DNA of 63,879 nucleotides, filler included, from Myxococcota bacterium (GTDB lineage: Bacteria > Myxococcota_C > UBA6777), in assembly GCA_023150835.1 (NCBI GenBank). It is 6 parts of 6 records of this genome, joined end to end, with 100 filler letters (N's around TTAATTAATTAA, not from the genome) between each part and the next. Parts side by side here need not be neighbours in the genome. Positions count along the whole stretch, not along the records: positions 20,151 to 29,614 come from JAKLKB010000181.1; 5 more parts are not named here. One strand, given 5' to 3'. The translations under genes and the position numbers were made by a program. Every line of letters starts with the position of its first letter. Within the stretch, counting starts at the first letter, position 1. The notes under the pieces are model-generated. The model was given only the letters and a program-made list of their open reading frames with translations, did no database searches and was not told the origin of the DNA. This document shows, piece after piece, positions 20,051-29,714 of the stretch.

Positions 20051-20150
20051 NNNNNNNNNNNNNNNNNNNNNNNNNNNNNNNNNNNNNNNNNNNNTTAATT
20101 AATTAANNNNNNNNNNNNNNNNNNNNNNNNNNNNNNNNNNNNNNNNNNNN
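20051..20150. other. Artificial contig linker (also 29615-29714, 38981-39080, 48101-48200, 56940-57039)
   Basis: N runs around the TTAATTAATTAA six-frame stop. Confidence 0.98.
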
Positions 20151-20286
20151 CGCACGCTGTATGCACGAAATGCAGACGCTGCCCGTTCCAACTTCCCCCC
20201 GTTGGCCGGGGGGATTGAGGGGGGGAGAAAAAAAAAGGCGATCAAGACCGACTCTACGAGGTTTCCACCTTAACAAGGCGCGTATG
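20151..20286 (+). mobile_element. Family-D MITE, right part (end CTTAACAAGGCGCGTATG)
   Basis: Near-identical to 39139-39275; joins a family-B hairpin. Confidence 0.75.
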
Positions 20287-20667
20287 GGGCTTTGCCCCAC
20301 GCCCCACAAGGGAACTTCGTCCCCTTGACCCCCGTGTTGGCGAAGAGAGCACGGGTATTTCAACCAGACAACTCTGTCGCTTGAGCGGGTGCGAACACGG
20401 GTTTTTGGGGGACGAACTCTGCGCCACCACCGATCTGGCCTTGGTCGTCGGTTCGGAAACATTGGATCGTCGCGTCGCCTACTTCGTCACGCGCACACGA
20501 CCCCCACGACAGCGGGATTTGAGCTTTGGTTTTTGCTCAGCCTGCTTTTGCCTTTTGTACGCGGTGTCTGGAGCGGCTTTAGAGGTGGTGTGGTATCTTG
20601 CTGACATCTCTTGGTTTTTCAAAACAGAAACAGAATGTATGTCCCCCCAAATACGCTGTTTTTCAAA

Positions 20668-20826
20668 AACCAAGTTTCCTTTCCCACAAACCAAGTTTCC
20701 TTTCCCACAAACCAAGGTTCATCTCTCGTTGTCCAAGGTTCATCTCTCGTTGTCCAAGGTTCATCTCTCGTTGTCCAAGGTTCATCTCTCGTTGTCCAAG
20801 GTTCATCTCTCGTTGTCTAAGGTTCT
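20668..20826. repeat. Two adjacent 21-bp tandem arrays (AAACCAAGTTTCCTTTCCCAC x2; CCAAGGTTCATCTCTCGTTGT x5)
   Basis: Directly visible; no spacers. Confidence 0.9.
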
Positions 20827-21126
20827 TTGTGAAAAGGAGCGAACCGATCGAGCGGTGCGACGTTTTGCGTTCGAGAGCGATGCTCTGTTGTGGAGAGCGG
20901 CGGAGAAAAGCCGTCCTACGAAATCCGCCCGTTGTGTGATCGTAAAGAGGTAAGGGCAGCCACAGGGGCCATTTGATCCAACTAATTCTCTTCGCCAACG
21001 CGGGGCCAAGGGAGTCGGGCTCCCTTGCGGGGTGTGGGGTTCCAACCCCACAACACTTTTAAGATGCGTAAGTCCGGATGAGAAAGGAAAAACCTTTTTG
21101 CGCGATGGTTTGAGGCCACAAGGCGG

Positions 21127-21645
21127 ATGACTTTGTGTGGCTTCCTCTACAAAAAAGAGAGAATGATGGCGATGAATCGCAAAAAGATACGGACGATCCG
21201 AGTGGATGGGATGGTGTTTTGTTGGCGTTATAACGAGCGTTGCTGGAGTTTGGTGTTGGAACCTCGGTGGAATTACCCGTATGTCCGTGTTGTGTTGCAT
21301 TTTCCAACGCTCGCGTATTCTTCTCATCTGTGCAATCCGTTGTATCTGACTCCGCGTTATGTTGCGCAATTGATCCGAGACGGTTTGGCGCTTGGATGGC
21401 CGAATTCGCGCAAGACGGGGCTTTATCGGGCGTGGTTTGCGTTGATGCAAGAGCGCTTGGTTGAGATCTCTGCGGAAGCTTGTGGATCGCGAGAACGAAA
21501 ACGCAACAAAAACCAAGCATTACGTGCAGCGCGGGGTGCCTTTTTGCAGGTCTTGACTGCGCGTCAAACGGATATCCTCCGATGCAGCGAACAGATGGCG
21601 GAATGGTGGGAGGGAGTGCTTTTTGGCGCGTCGGAGGGTGGCTAA
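21127..21645 (+). CDS. Hypothetical protein
   Basis: 'RTIRVDG..W..LTPRYVAQLIRDGLALGW' resembles a conserved uncharacterised family. Confidence 0.55.
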   Translation: MTLCGFLYKKERMMAMNRKKIRTIRVDGMVFCWRYNERCWSLVLEPRWNYPYVRVVLHFPTLAYSSHLCNPLYLTPRYVAQLIRDGLALGWPNSRKTGLYRAWFALMQERLVEISAEACGSRERKRNKNQALRAARGAFLQVLTARQTDILRCSEQMAEWWEGVLFGASEGG

Positions 21646-21651
21646 AAAATA

Positions 21652-22524
21652 TCAGTCAAAGAGTGGAGCTTCGAGTTGGAGCTTCCAAGCTTGTAAGATG
21701 CCTTGGGACGGGCATTTGCACAATGCTTGAAGAAGGCGCTGTCGGGCTTCTTGGAGTGCGGCTTCTTGGGAGAGGAAGAAGGCTTTTTGCCAGAGGATCT
21801 CTTGTTCGACGGCGATGCTGGAGGGGGGAGCGTTGGGGCATGTATTGGCCCGAGCAGCGGCAGCTTTCACAGCGGCGGTGCTGGTATGGATGCCGCTTTG
21901 GTGGGAGATGCCGAGAGCAGCGGCCAAGGTTTCAAGGCTGCCGAGGTGCGCCCATGCGGCGAATCCGTAGGGGTGCTTTTCTTTGAGAGCGAGTCGGCGG
22001 TGTTGGCGTAAGAGTTCGGTGACAACAAGGCGTTCGTTGTCGTAGGTTTGGAGTTCGAGGCTACCATTGATCCACATACGTTTGCGTTCGAGAAGCTGCC
22101 ACGCGAGGACGGGAGGCGGGCGATCTTGGGCTTTTTCTTGTTGGAGTGCGCGGATCGCGCAGTCATAAGCGAAGCTGTGGGCTTGCTTGACGGAGGCGGT
22201 CTCAAGGAGCGTCCAAAGATTGACGCTGCGGACCTCTACGCCGCAGACGTGAAGGGGTGGGGGCTTTGATGCCGAAACAGTAGGGTACACAGACAGAGCG
22301 GTGGTTCGATCGATGTGATGTGAAGAAGGAGCGGTGGTTCGATCGATGTGATGTGAAGAAGGAGCGATAGGTCGATCGATGGGATGTGAAGAAGGAGCGA
22401 TAGGTCGATCGATGGGATGTGAAGGGGGGGCGGTGGGTCGATCGTTCGGTTGCACGGGGAAGCTCCTGCGGGTGGGAGTAGCCGTTTGGGGGCGCGGTTT
22501 TTTAGGATGGAGACTTTTTCGCAA
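21652..22524 (-). CDS. Hypothetical protein with 33-bp tandem repeats; C-terminal part weakly Imm5-like
   Basis: (SSHxIDRxxAP) repeats; 'FAYDCAIRAL..W.NG..AA' helical pattern. Confidence 0.45.
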   Translation of the reverse strand: MRKSLHPKKPRPQTATPTRRSFPVQPNDRPTAPPSHPIDRPIAPSSHPIDRPIAPSSHHIDRTTAPSSHHIDRTTALSVYPTVSASKPPPLHVCGVEVRSVNLWTLLETASVKQAHSFAYDCAIRALQQEKAQDRPPPVLAWQLLERKRMWINGSLELQTYDNERLVVTELLRQHRRLALKEKHPYGFAAWAHLGSLETLAAALGISHQSGIHTSTAAVKAAAARANTCPNAPPSSIAVEQEILWQKAFFLSQEAALQEARQRLLQALCKCPSQGILQAWKLQLEAPLFD

Positions 22525-22558
22525 AGGTCAAGCCGCGCCGAATCCTCAAGAATCGGGA

Positions 22559-23512
22559 TCAGTTGGGGACATCGCAACGAGCAAGGCAAGTCGAAAAAGC
22601 GTTGGTTTGTGGGGAAGGTATCGCAGGAGAAAAGCATAACGCGGCTTGGGCGGGGAGCGTCTCGCACAAAGGCCGAAGGGTGCGGAGTGTTTGCTCGAAG
22701 TTTGCGGTGCGTGTCGAAAAGATATTGGTGCAAGCGCTAAAGCAGGGTTCGCTGGTTGCACAAGAAGTCTTGCACGCGGTCTCTTCGTCGTCGAGCTTTT
22801 TTCGCATATTTTTTTCGAGGATGGCCAGATCACGGCGGCAGTGTTGGATGCGTGTAAAGGCGGCGAGTAGACACGCGATCTTTTTGTTTTTGAGTTTTGT
22901 TTTGTCCGATGGATGGGGGTTTGTTGTGTTTGTGGGGCGCGGCCCCACACCCCGCAAGGGGTCGCGGCCCCCTTGACCCCGTGTTGGCGAAGAGAGCAGA
23001 GGTTTTTCAAACCGACGGTTCTGTCGCTTGAGTGGGCGCGAACACGGGGGTTTTTGGTTTACTTCGCCGCTTCGGGCTTTGTTGTTTTGGATTGTTTTGC
23101 GATGTGGTGCTTTGTTTTCGGAAGTGTCGGTGTATCCGTTTTTGGCGGCGCATCGAAGCACACAACAAACAGCGGTAAATTGAGCGGTAGAGAGTCGGAC
23201 GTGTGGGGCGGGCGGGGGTGTGGTGGGGATGTTGTGGGGATTTTGGAGAGAGGATGAGCGGGGAGCGCGGATATAGGAGAGGTTTCGGAGAGAGGATGGG
23301 CGCGGAACGCGGATATAGGAGAGGTTTCGGAGAGAGGATGGGCGCGGAACGCGGATATAGGAGAGGTTTCGGAGAGAGGATGGGCGTGTGGTTTGCGCGG
23401 AAGCAAGGGGAACATGGAAAGAGAACAAACAGAGCGAACAGAAGAGGCCGAAGTGTCGGGGGGAGAGGTTGAAGTATCTAAGGAAGAGGCCGAAGCGTCG
23501 GAGAGATATCAT
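22559..23512 (-). CDS. Secreted Cys-rich hypothetical protein with 42-bp repeats and an in-frame repeat insertion
   Basis: ATG overlaps the pal stop; signal ending ASA; frame stays open across the family-B repeat at 22931-23056. Confidence 0.5.
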   Translation of the reverse strand: MISLRRFGLFLRYFNLSPRHFGLFCSLCLFSFHVPLASAQTTRPSSLRNLSYIRVPRPSSLRNLSYIRVPRPSSLRNLSYIRAPRSSSLQNPHNIPTTPPPAPHVRLSTAQFTAVCCVLRCAAKNGYTDTSENKAPHRKTIQNNKARSGEVNQKPPCSRPLKRQNRRFEKPLLSSPTRGQGGRDPLRGVGPRPTNTTNPHPSDKTKLKNKKIACLLAAFTRIQHCRRDLAILEKNMRKKLDDEETACKTSCATSEPCFSACTNIFSTRTANFEQTLRTLRPLCETLPAQAALCFSPAIPSPQTNAFSTCLARCDVPN

Positions 23513-24240
23513 TGCCCGATCTTGAACTCCGCACGGCGGTTTTTGTTGTGGGCTTCAGCGGTCATGCCGGGATCTGCGGGGCGTTGGTGGCCGTAAGAGA
23601 TGGTGCTTAGCTGTGAAGAAGAGACCCCAAGTTTTTCGAGGTATTTTTTGACCGCGATGGCTCGGCGTTCACCGAGGGCGAGGTTGTAATCGATGCTACC
23701 GCGTTGATCGCAATGTCCTTCGATCTGGATGCGTGCGTTGGGGCGTTGCTTGATCCATTCGGCGTGGCGTTGAAGGATATCGCGGTTGTTGCCTTCGAGG
23801 GTGTATTGATTGAAGCCGAAGTAGACGGGTTCAAGGCTTTGTCGGTTGTCGGCGGTGGGGTTCTCGTTGGCGGTGATCAGGGTGGGCGGTGGGGTTTGTT
23901 TGACGGTGTTGTCGGGCTTGGGTTTGAGGCATTTTTCTTTGTTGAGATCGGACTCTTCGCGGGCTTTGTCGGCGAGTTTGCGTGCGGCATCAAAGGCGAC
24001 TTTGGCTTCTTCAAACTTGCCTTCGTCCATGAGCTTGTTGGCTTCTGCCATCATCTTTTCGGCGGACTGGAGTTCTTCTTTGGCGCACTTGTCGGCTTGG
24101 GCTTGTCGAGCGCGTTTGAGGGCTTCGAGAGCGTCTTGATAAGAGCGTGTGGGTGGTTTTTTGGGGCATCCTGAGAGCAAGATCAAGAAGCCCAAAAGAA
24201 GGAACACGCTATAGCGTTGGGGAGCATATCGTTCAAACAT
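23509..24240 (-). CDS. pal: Peptidoglycan-associated lipoprotein with an N-terminal helical (DUF4398-like) domain
   Basis: LSGC lipobox; IEGHCDQRGSIDYNLALGERRA..ISYG..NRRAEF. Confidence 0.9.
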   Translation of the reverse strand: MFERYAPQRYSVFLLLGFLILLSGCPKKPPTRSYQDALEALKRARQAQADKCAKEELQSAEKMMAEANKLMDEGKFEEAKVAFDAARKLADKAREESDLNKEKCLKPKPDNTVKQTPPPTLITANENPTADNRQSLEPVYFGFNQYTLEGNNRDILQRHAEWIKQRPNARIQIEGHCDQRGSIDYNLALGERRAIAVKKYLEKLGVSSSQLSTISYGHQRPADPGMTAEAHNKNRRAEFKIGQ

Positions 24241-24319
24241 ACGAGCATCCTTTTTCGGGTGGATCGTCCCTGTCTTCGGGCGGATCGTCCCAGCCTGATG
24301 GTTCGCGAAGGGCGAAGGT

Positions 24320-25657
24320 TTAGTCTTTGGAGAGGCGCGGAGACCAGCTTGGCGTGAGGTATTGTCCGGGTTGGAAGGTGATCTGCCGCTGGTGTTTGCC
24401 TTCGTGGGTCATGATAAACAGTTTGGCGACGCCGTTTCGGGTGGAGACAAAGATGATATTGCGCCCGTTTGGAGACCATGCAGCTTCGATATTGCTGCCT
24501 TGGTTTTGGGTGAGCCGTTTGACTTGCCCGTCGGTGGGCGAGACGAGGAAGAGATCGAAGACATTGCGCTCATCGCGTCCTGTGAAAAGAATCCAGTCAC
24601 CGCGAGGGGACCATTTGGGGGCTTGGTTGTAGTTGCCTTGCATGGAGACGCGCCGAGCGCCCGAGCCATCGACATTCATCACAAAGATCTGAGGAGATGC
24701 AAAGCGGGTGGATACGAAGGTGATCTGTTTGCCATCGGGGGACCAAGAGGGCGAAAGATTGCGTTCGCCCCACTTGGCTTGGGTGAGTTGTTGAAGTCCT
24801 GAACCATCGGCATTGACGATGTATATGTTCATGTTATCGGTGCCGCGTGAGGCGCTAAAGGCGATGCGTTGGCTGTCGGGAGACCACGTTGCGCCTGTAT
24901 TCAGGCCCTGAAAGGAAGAGATCTTTTGGGCTTTGCCTGTGTTGATATCGTGGACAAAGATATCGGGATTGCGTTCTTTCCAAGAGGTATAAGCGATGTA
25001 CCGACCGTTGGGAGACCATGCAGGAAGCGCGTTAATCGAGCCGTTGTTGGTGAGGCGCTGCATGGCTTGTCCATCGATATCCATCAGCCAGACTTCTTGT
25101 TTGCCTCGGTTGTTGCGGATGAACGAGACTTTGGAGGCAAAGATGCCGGGTTCACCGGTCATAAACTTATAGAGATGATCGGCAAAGAGGTGAGTGTACC
25201 AGCGGACTTGGCTATCGTTGGAGGCGATGTAGTCTTGTTGGAGGGCGAGTTTTTGCGTGCCGACTTCGTAAAAACGAAACTGGAGGCGGTAGCTTGAGCC
25301 GATCGCCATGACGTTGCCTTTGAGGATGCCTTCGGCCCCGACGCTTTTCCACGGTTCAAAGTCAAAACTGTTTGGGTCAAAGCCATCGCGGGGAGCGCGT
25401 TCGAGGTAGGATGCAGGAGAAAGGACGCGAAAGGCTCCGCAGAGATCGAGGCTTTTGCGCAGGATGGCGACGGTTTTTGCGGCGGTGCGACCATCGCCTT
25501 TGAAGTCGGGTACAGCGATGGGATAGCGTTTTAGGCTGAGATCGCCGAGCTTGACTTTGAGGCGTTGGGCTTGGGCGGGCTGCACAAAAGAGATGGCGAA
25601 GAACACCCACAAGGCCGAAAAAAGATAGCGGTAAAAACATAGAAAAAAACGAGACAT
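24320..25657 (-). CDS. tolB: Tol-Pal beta-propeller protein TolB
   Basis: PIAVPDF, TGEPGIF, six PD40 'P.WSPDG' repeats; immediately upstream of pal. Confidence 0.9.
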   Translation of the reverse strand: MSRFFLCFYRYLFSALWVFFAISFVQPAQAQRLKVKLGDLSLKRYPIAVPDFKGDGRTAAKTVAILRKSLDLCGAFRVLSPASYLERAPRDGFDPNSFDFEPWKSVGAEGILKGNVMAIGSSYRLQFRFYEVGTQKLALQQDYIASNDSQVRWYTHLFADHLYKFMTGEPGIFASKVSFIRNNRGKQEVWLMDIDGQAMQRLTNNGSINALPAWSPNGRYIAYTSWKERNPDIFVHDINTGKAQKISSFQGLNTGATWSPDSQRIAFSASRGTDNMNIYIVNADGSGLQQLTQAKWGERNLSPSWSPDGKQITFVSTRFASPQIFVMNVDGSGARRVSMQGNYNQAPKWSPRGDWILFTGRDERNVFDLFLVSPTDGQVKRLTQNQGSNIEAAWSPNGRNIIFVSTRNGVAKLFIMTHEGKHQRQITFQPGQYLTPSWSPRLSKD

Positions 25658-25965
25658 AGACCCTCCTTGTCGAATGGAACGTTGCTTTGCGTCGAGGCCG
25701 TCTGCCAGAAAGAGAACGCGAACGAGGGCATTTTATTCATCTGGGGCGATTTGGCGAGGGCGTGTACACATCGTCTTGGGTATCGTAGGACTCGCAGCGC
25801 GTGAGCGTTCTATATCGTAGGACTTGCAGCGCATGAGCGTTCTCTCGGCCTTGTTGGGGCAGTCGTGGGGATATCGTCAAATGGAGCGGTGCGTTTCTTG
25901 TGCGAGCGCGGCCTAGTCGGTGGAGTTCAGCGCGAAGCACCGACGGGATGGACGCTTCTCTCGTG

Positions 25966-27750
25966 TTATCGGGGCCTTGTTGGGGGAGTGGGCGAAGAAG
26001 ATCCCGAGGTTTTGAGGGGCTGGGTGCTTGGAGGGAGAGTGCGCAACGAAAGGCGTTTGCGCTCGGTGGGAGCGGAGATATCAGTACGTGGAGGGAGAGG
26101 TAGTGCGGGTTGAGGAGAGAGGGGAGCGGTGGTGGGGGAGTTCTTTTGTGGTAGCGCGGGATCTCGGGTGGGTTGTTCGGGGCCTTGCTCGTCTTTGGAC
26201 TCGGGGAGTTCTTGGAGCGGGGGGCCTTCGAGCATACGCACGCGGCGGTAATAGCTACGCCCTGCCGCTCCGTCGGGAAGGTATTGTTGGTTGATGATCG
26301 GCGACCATGCGGGGCTTTCGACATCTCCTTTGATCTTGAGGAAAGGCTGTTGCTCGGAGCCGTCGGCGTTCATGATGTAGAGCTTTCGTGGGCCGCTGCG
26401 TGTCGAGATAAACAGAATAAAGCGACCATCGGGGGACCAACACGCCTCGAAGTTCCGCCCTTGGTTTTGTGTCAGTCGGCGATATTCGTGCGAGGTTTTT
26501 CCGTGTTCATCGGTGCTTAATTGGATCACAAAAAGATCATATTTGAGGAATTCATCGCGTGCGGTAAAGAGGATCTCGGAGGCTTTGGGAGACCACTGTG
26601 GCTCTTGGTTGTATTCGCCTTTGTAGGTCAGACGGACTTGATTGGAGCCGTCTACGTTCATCACAAAGATGTGCGGGGTTGCGAAGCGTTCGGAGACAAA
26701 GGCGATGCGTTTTCCGTCGGGTGACCATGTGGGGCTGATGTTGATTCCCCATGTTTTGGTGAGGCGTCGAAAGTTGTTGCCGCTTGGGTCGCTGGCGAAG
26801 ATATCGGAGCCTGTTTTGGTGCTGATGGAAAAGGCGAGCCGTTGGCCGCTTGGGGCGTAGGTTCCGCCTGTGTAGTTTCCGCGAAGGCGGCTGATCCGAG
26901 AAAGTTGTTCGGTGGCGAGGTCCAGTTTGTACAGGTAGGGGCGGCCTTCAAGGAAGGAAGTGAAGGTGAGGTAGCGTCCTGTGGGAGACCAGTTGGGGAG
27001 GATATTGATGGCACCGTTGCTGATCACGCGGCGGCGGTTTTTTCCGTCAAAGTCCATCACCCAGATATCTTTGCCGCCTTTGGGGTTGGGTTTGACGTAA
27101 GCGATGTAGCTGGTAAAGATGCCTTCTTGGCCCGTTAATTTTTTGTAGATATCATTGCAGACTTGGTGCAAAAACCAGCGCAGTCGGTCTCTCGTCACGA
27201 CACGATTGACGCGGATCTCTTGGCGTGTGGTGTCGACGTCGTAGTAGCGGAACATCACGCGCAGGTGTTTTTCATCTTGGGCGCGCAGGGCGATCTTGAT
27301 CAGGCCGTTGGCTGCGATGTTTTGCCATGTCACAAACGAAAAGGTGCCGAGTTCGATACCGTTCTCGCCTTCTTTTTCCAAAAAGGTTTTCCTTTCCAAG
27401 ACGCGGATCATGCCTACCAGACGGCGAAAGTTGTCATCAAGCTGTGTTTCGATATCGCGCTGGATATCTTCTTTGGGGTGGCCTTTGATCGGACCCTGCC
27501 AGAGGACGGGGGCGATCGCCAAGTGAAAGGCTGTGGTGCCAACGCCCGACAAGACCACGCGGAAGCGCGGCTTTTTTTGACAACGCCGACGCAAGCAAAG
27601 CTCGTCTTTGTTGCAATCGCGGTGGGCGATACAGCGCTTGGGACGGGCGCTAGAGGCGGTGTTGGGAGGCCAGCAAAACAAAGACAGCAGCCCGAAAAAA
27701 ACAGAGAACCCAAACAACAAAGCGGTTCGTTGAGGGATGGCTTTCGTCAT
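25966..27750 (-). CDS. TolB paralogue with an N-terminal Cys-rich motif and a Pro-rich tail
   Basis: LTGQEGIFTS, PD40 repeats; extra CIAHRDCNKDELCLRRRC. Confidence 0.85.
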   Translation of the reverse strand: MTKAIPQRTALLFGFSVFFGLLSLFCWPPNTASSARPKRCIAHRDCNKDELCLRRRCQKKPRFRVVLSGVGTTAFHLAIAPVLWQGPIKGHPKEDIQRDIETQLDDNFRRLVGMIRVLERKTFLEKEGENGIELGTFSFVTWQNIAANGLIKIALRAQDEKHLRVMFRYYDVDTTRQEIRVNRVVTRDRLRWFLHQVCNDIYKKLTGQEGIFTSYIAYVKPNPKGGKDIWVMDFDGKNRRRVISNGAINILPNWSPTGRYLTFTSFLEGRPYLYKLDLATEQLSRISRLRGNYTGGTYAPSGQRLAFSISTKTGSDIFASDPSGNNFRRLTKTWGINISPTWSPDGKRIAFVSERFATPHIFVMNVDGSNQVRLTYKGEYNQEPQWSPKASEILFTARDEFLKYDLFVIQLSTDEHGKTSHEYRRLTQNQGRNFEACWSPDGRFILFISTRSGPRKLYIMNADGSEQQPFLKIKGDVESPAWSPIINQQYLPDGAAGRSYYRRVRMLEGPPLQELPESKDEQGPEQPTRDPALPQKNSPTTAPLSPQPALPLPPRTDISAPTERKRLSLRTLPPSTQPLKTSGSSSPTPPTRPR

Positions 27751-27882
27751 CAGAAACTCCTGTGGCAGATGCGATGATCCTGCCCGTCTGTGCGCTTTTT
27801 CCGAAGGTCTGCGATCCGAGCGGCAGGCTCGATGCGTTGAGCGGGCATCGTTTGGAGATCACAAACACCGCATCGTTTGGTT

Positions 27883-28452
27883 CTATTGCTTATCATGCTG
27901 TGCGGGCGGCTTCAAAAAACAGGCTTCTTTTGCTGCGGGGAGGAGCGTCGGGAGCGAGGAATACGGAGCAACATGGTGTGTCGTTCGTGGTTTTTTTGAT
28001 CGCAGTGTTTCGGGTCGCGTTTGCGGAGCAACATGGTGTGTCGTTCGTGGTTTTTTTGATCGCAGTGTTTCGGGTCGCGTTTGCGGAGCAACATGGTGTG
28101 TCGTTCGTGGTTTTTTTGATCGCAGTGTTTCGGGTCGCGTTTGTGTGTTCGAGAGGCCCGAGTGGTTTTGCGTTTCTGCGGCCATCGGGATCTCCACATC
28201 GATCCAAACCAATCCAACGAAGCCTTCTTCCTCAATCCACGGTTGCAACTGGTTTTGGGTTCTGGGCTGTGGCAGCGCGTCACCGTCTTCGAGCATCCAA
28301 AGCAGGTGCTCTTGCAAGGCTTCCGCAGCCATCTCAACCGCTTCTTCTTGTGTTTCTCCAGCGCTAAAACAACCGAGTACGTCGGGGAATTGGACGCCAA
28401 AGTCGCTGGTGGGGTCTTTGTGTAGGATGGCTGCGTATGTGTAAGTGGTCAC
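27883..28452 (-). CDS. hicB: HicB-family antitoxin (orphan) with a repeat-derived C-terminus
   Basis: FGVQFPDVLGCFSAGETQEEAVEMAAEAL..DGDALPQP. Confidence 0.85.
   Translation of the reverse strand: MTTYTYAAILHKDPTSDFGVQFPDVLGCFSAGETQEEAVEMAAEALQEHLLWMLEDGDALPQPRTQNQLQPWIEEEGFVGLVWIDVEIPMAAETQNHSGLSNTQTRPETLRSKKPRTTHHVAPQTRPETLRSKKPRTTHHVAPQTRPETLRSKKPRTTHHVAPYSSLPTLLPAAKEACFLKPPAQHDKQ
27964..28143. repeat. 60-bp tandem repeat x3
   Basis: CGGAGCAACATGGTGTGTCG...GGTCGCGTTTG. Confidence 0.95.
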
Positions 28453-28606
28453 CGTGCCTCCTTATGTGAGCTTCACGCGTTTGCCTTCTTCTATGATATG
28501 CGAGCCATACACGGCCTTTGGCGGGGTGGGGGGGGCTTTCCTCGGCTTAACCTAACGCCTATGGGACAGCGCCCCACAACATCAAACCCCATAGAAGTTA
28601 TCTCGA

Positions 28607-29341
28607 TCACCAGCTAATCTCGATGCCGTTTTTCACGAGCTTCCAGACGCTGTCGGGCGGTCGGGGGAAGGGGGCAGCGCGCCGAATACAGGCCAGCAAG
28701 GCGCTGTCAAATCGGTTGTTTCCGCTGGTTTGCGTGACGTCCGCTTTCACAAGACGACCTTCGCGGCTGATCTGGATCGCGATCTGGATACGACTCTTGT
28801 AAGACGCGAGTTGGGCGCTGAAAAGATCGGGGAGTTTTTGGCGATCGATGGCGCGGCGGATCTCCAGTCCGTACATACTGCCTGCTCGCGCAAGGCGTGG
28901 ATCGTCGGTGGTTCCGATGTCTGAGCCGCTTTCGACTCCGGGCGGTTTGTCGTCATCCCCTCGAACATCGGTCTCTTCGTTCGAGCGTTGTTCGAGCCGT
29001 TTGAGTGCGCGTTTCATTAAGTCATCATCGTTGACACGGCGACGGCGTGGTTGGGGCGGTGGGTTGGGGGTTGGGTCGCGTCGTACGATCACGCGGCGAC
29101 GTTGTTCGGGCTGAGGACGAGGTTTGTAGATGCGGGGGAGCAGATGGCGCGGTCGGGGCTGCCCTTTGCGCAAAAGTACCGCTGTTTGGATCGCTTCGAC
29201 TTTCAGGCGCGGCCCTTGGCTGGCATTGGCCGATGCGTACATATAAAACACCGCCGCAAGGTGCAAAAACACCGAGCTTCCCACCCCCACCAAAAACAAC
29301 CGATCGAATCGTCTGTGATCGAACATCGTTTTCTGCTCCAT
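28607..29341 (-). CDS. TolA/TonB-family energy transducer
   Basis: TM with SxxxH (SVFLH), Pro-rich linker, C-terminal 'SGNNRFDSALL..RAAPFPRPP'. Confidence 0.85.
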   Translation of the reverse strand: MEQKTMFDHRRFDRLFLVGVGSSVFLHLAAVFYMYASANASQGPRLKVEAIQTAVLLRKGQPRPRHLLPRIYKPRPQPEQRRRVIVRRDPTPNPPPQPRRRRVNDDDLMKRALKRLEQRSNEETDVRGDDDKPPGVESGSDIGTTDDPRLARAGSMYGLEIRRAIDRQKLPDLFSAQLASYKSRIQIAIQISREGRLVKADVTQTSGNNRFDSALLACIRRAAPFPRPPDSVWKLVKNGIEISW

Positions 29342-29489
29342 CCTTTGTTTTCTCGGTTGGACGGGGCTTTTGACCCTTTCCTTCCCTTCAACATCACACC
29401 ATCAAGCTGAACCCATTGTGGGCAAAGATCAAGAAACGCGCAACTCCTTCCTTTTGATCTATCTCCTATGGTCGTGTGGGGTTCCACCC

Positions 29490-29614
29490 CATAGGCGTTA
29501 GGTTAAGCGCTTGTTGGCCCCCCCACCCCAGCCCTCCCCCGTGAACAGGGGAGGGAGCGAAAGTCGGAAGCAGCGGGGATTTTGTTTTTTCATGACACAC
29601 GCTGTATGCACGAC
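29490..29614 (+). mobile_element. Family-D MITE, left part (end CATAGGCGTTAGGTTAAG), contig-truncated
   Basis: Matches 57040-57168 (reverse strand) and 10063 onward. Confidence 0.75.
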
Positions 29615-29714
29615 NNNNNNNNNNNNNNNNNNNNNNNNNNNNNNNNNNNNNNNNNNNNTTAATTAATTAANNNNNNNNNNNNNNNNNNNNNNNNNNNNNN
29701 NNNNNNNNNNNNNN

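Noticed and set aside
20051-20150. Recurring TTAATTAATTAA motif
   Set aside because: Artificial contig linker
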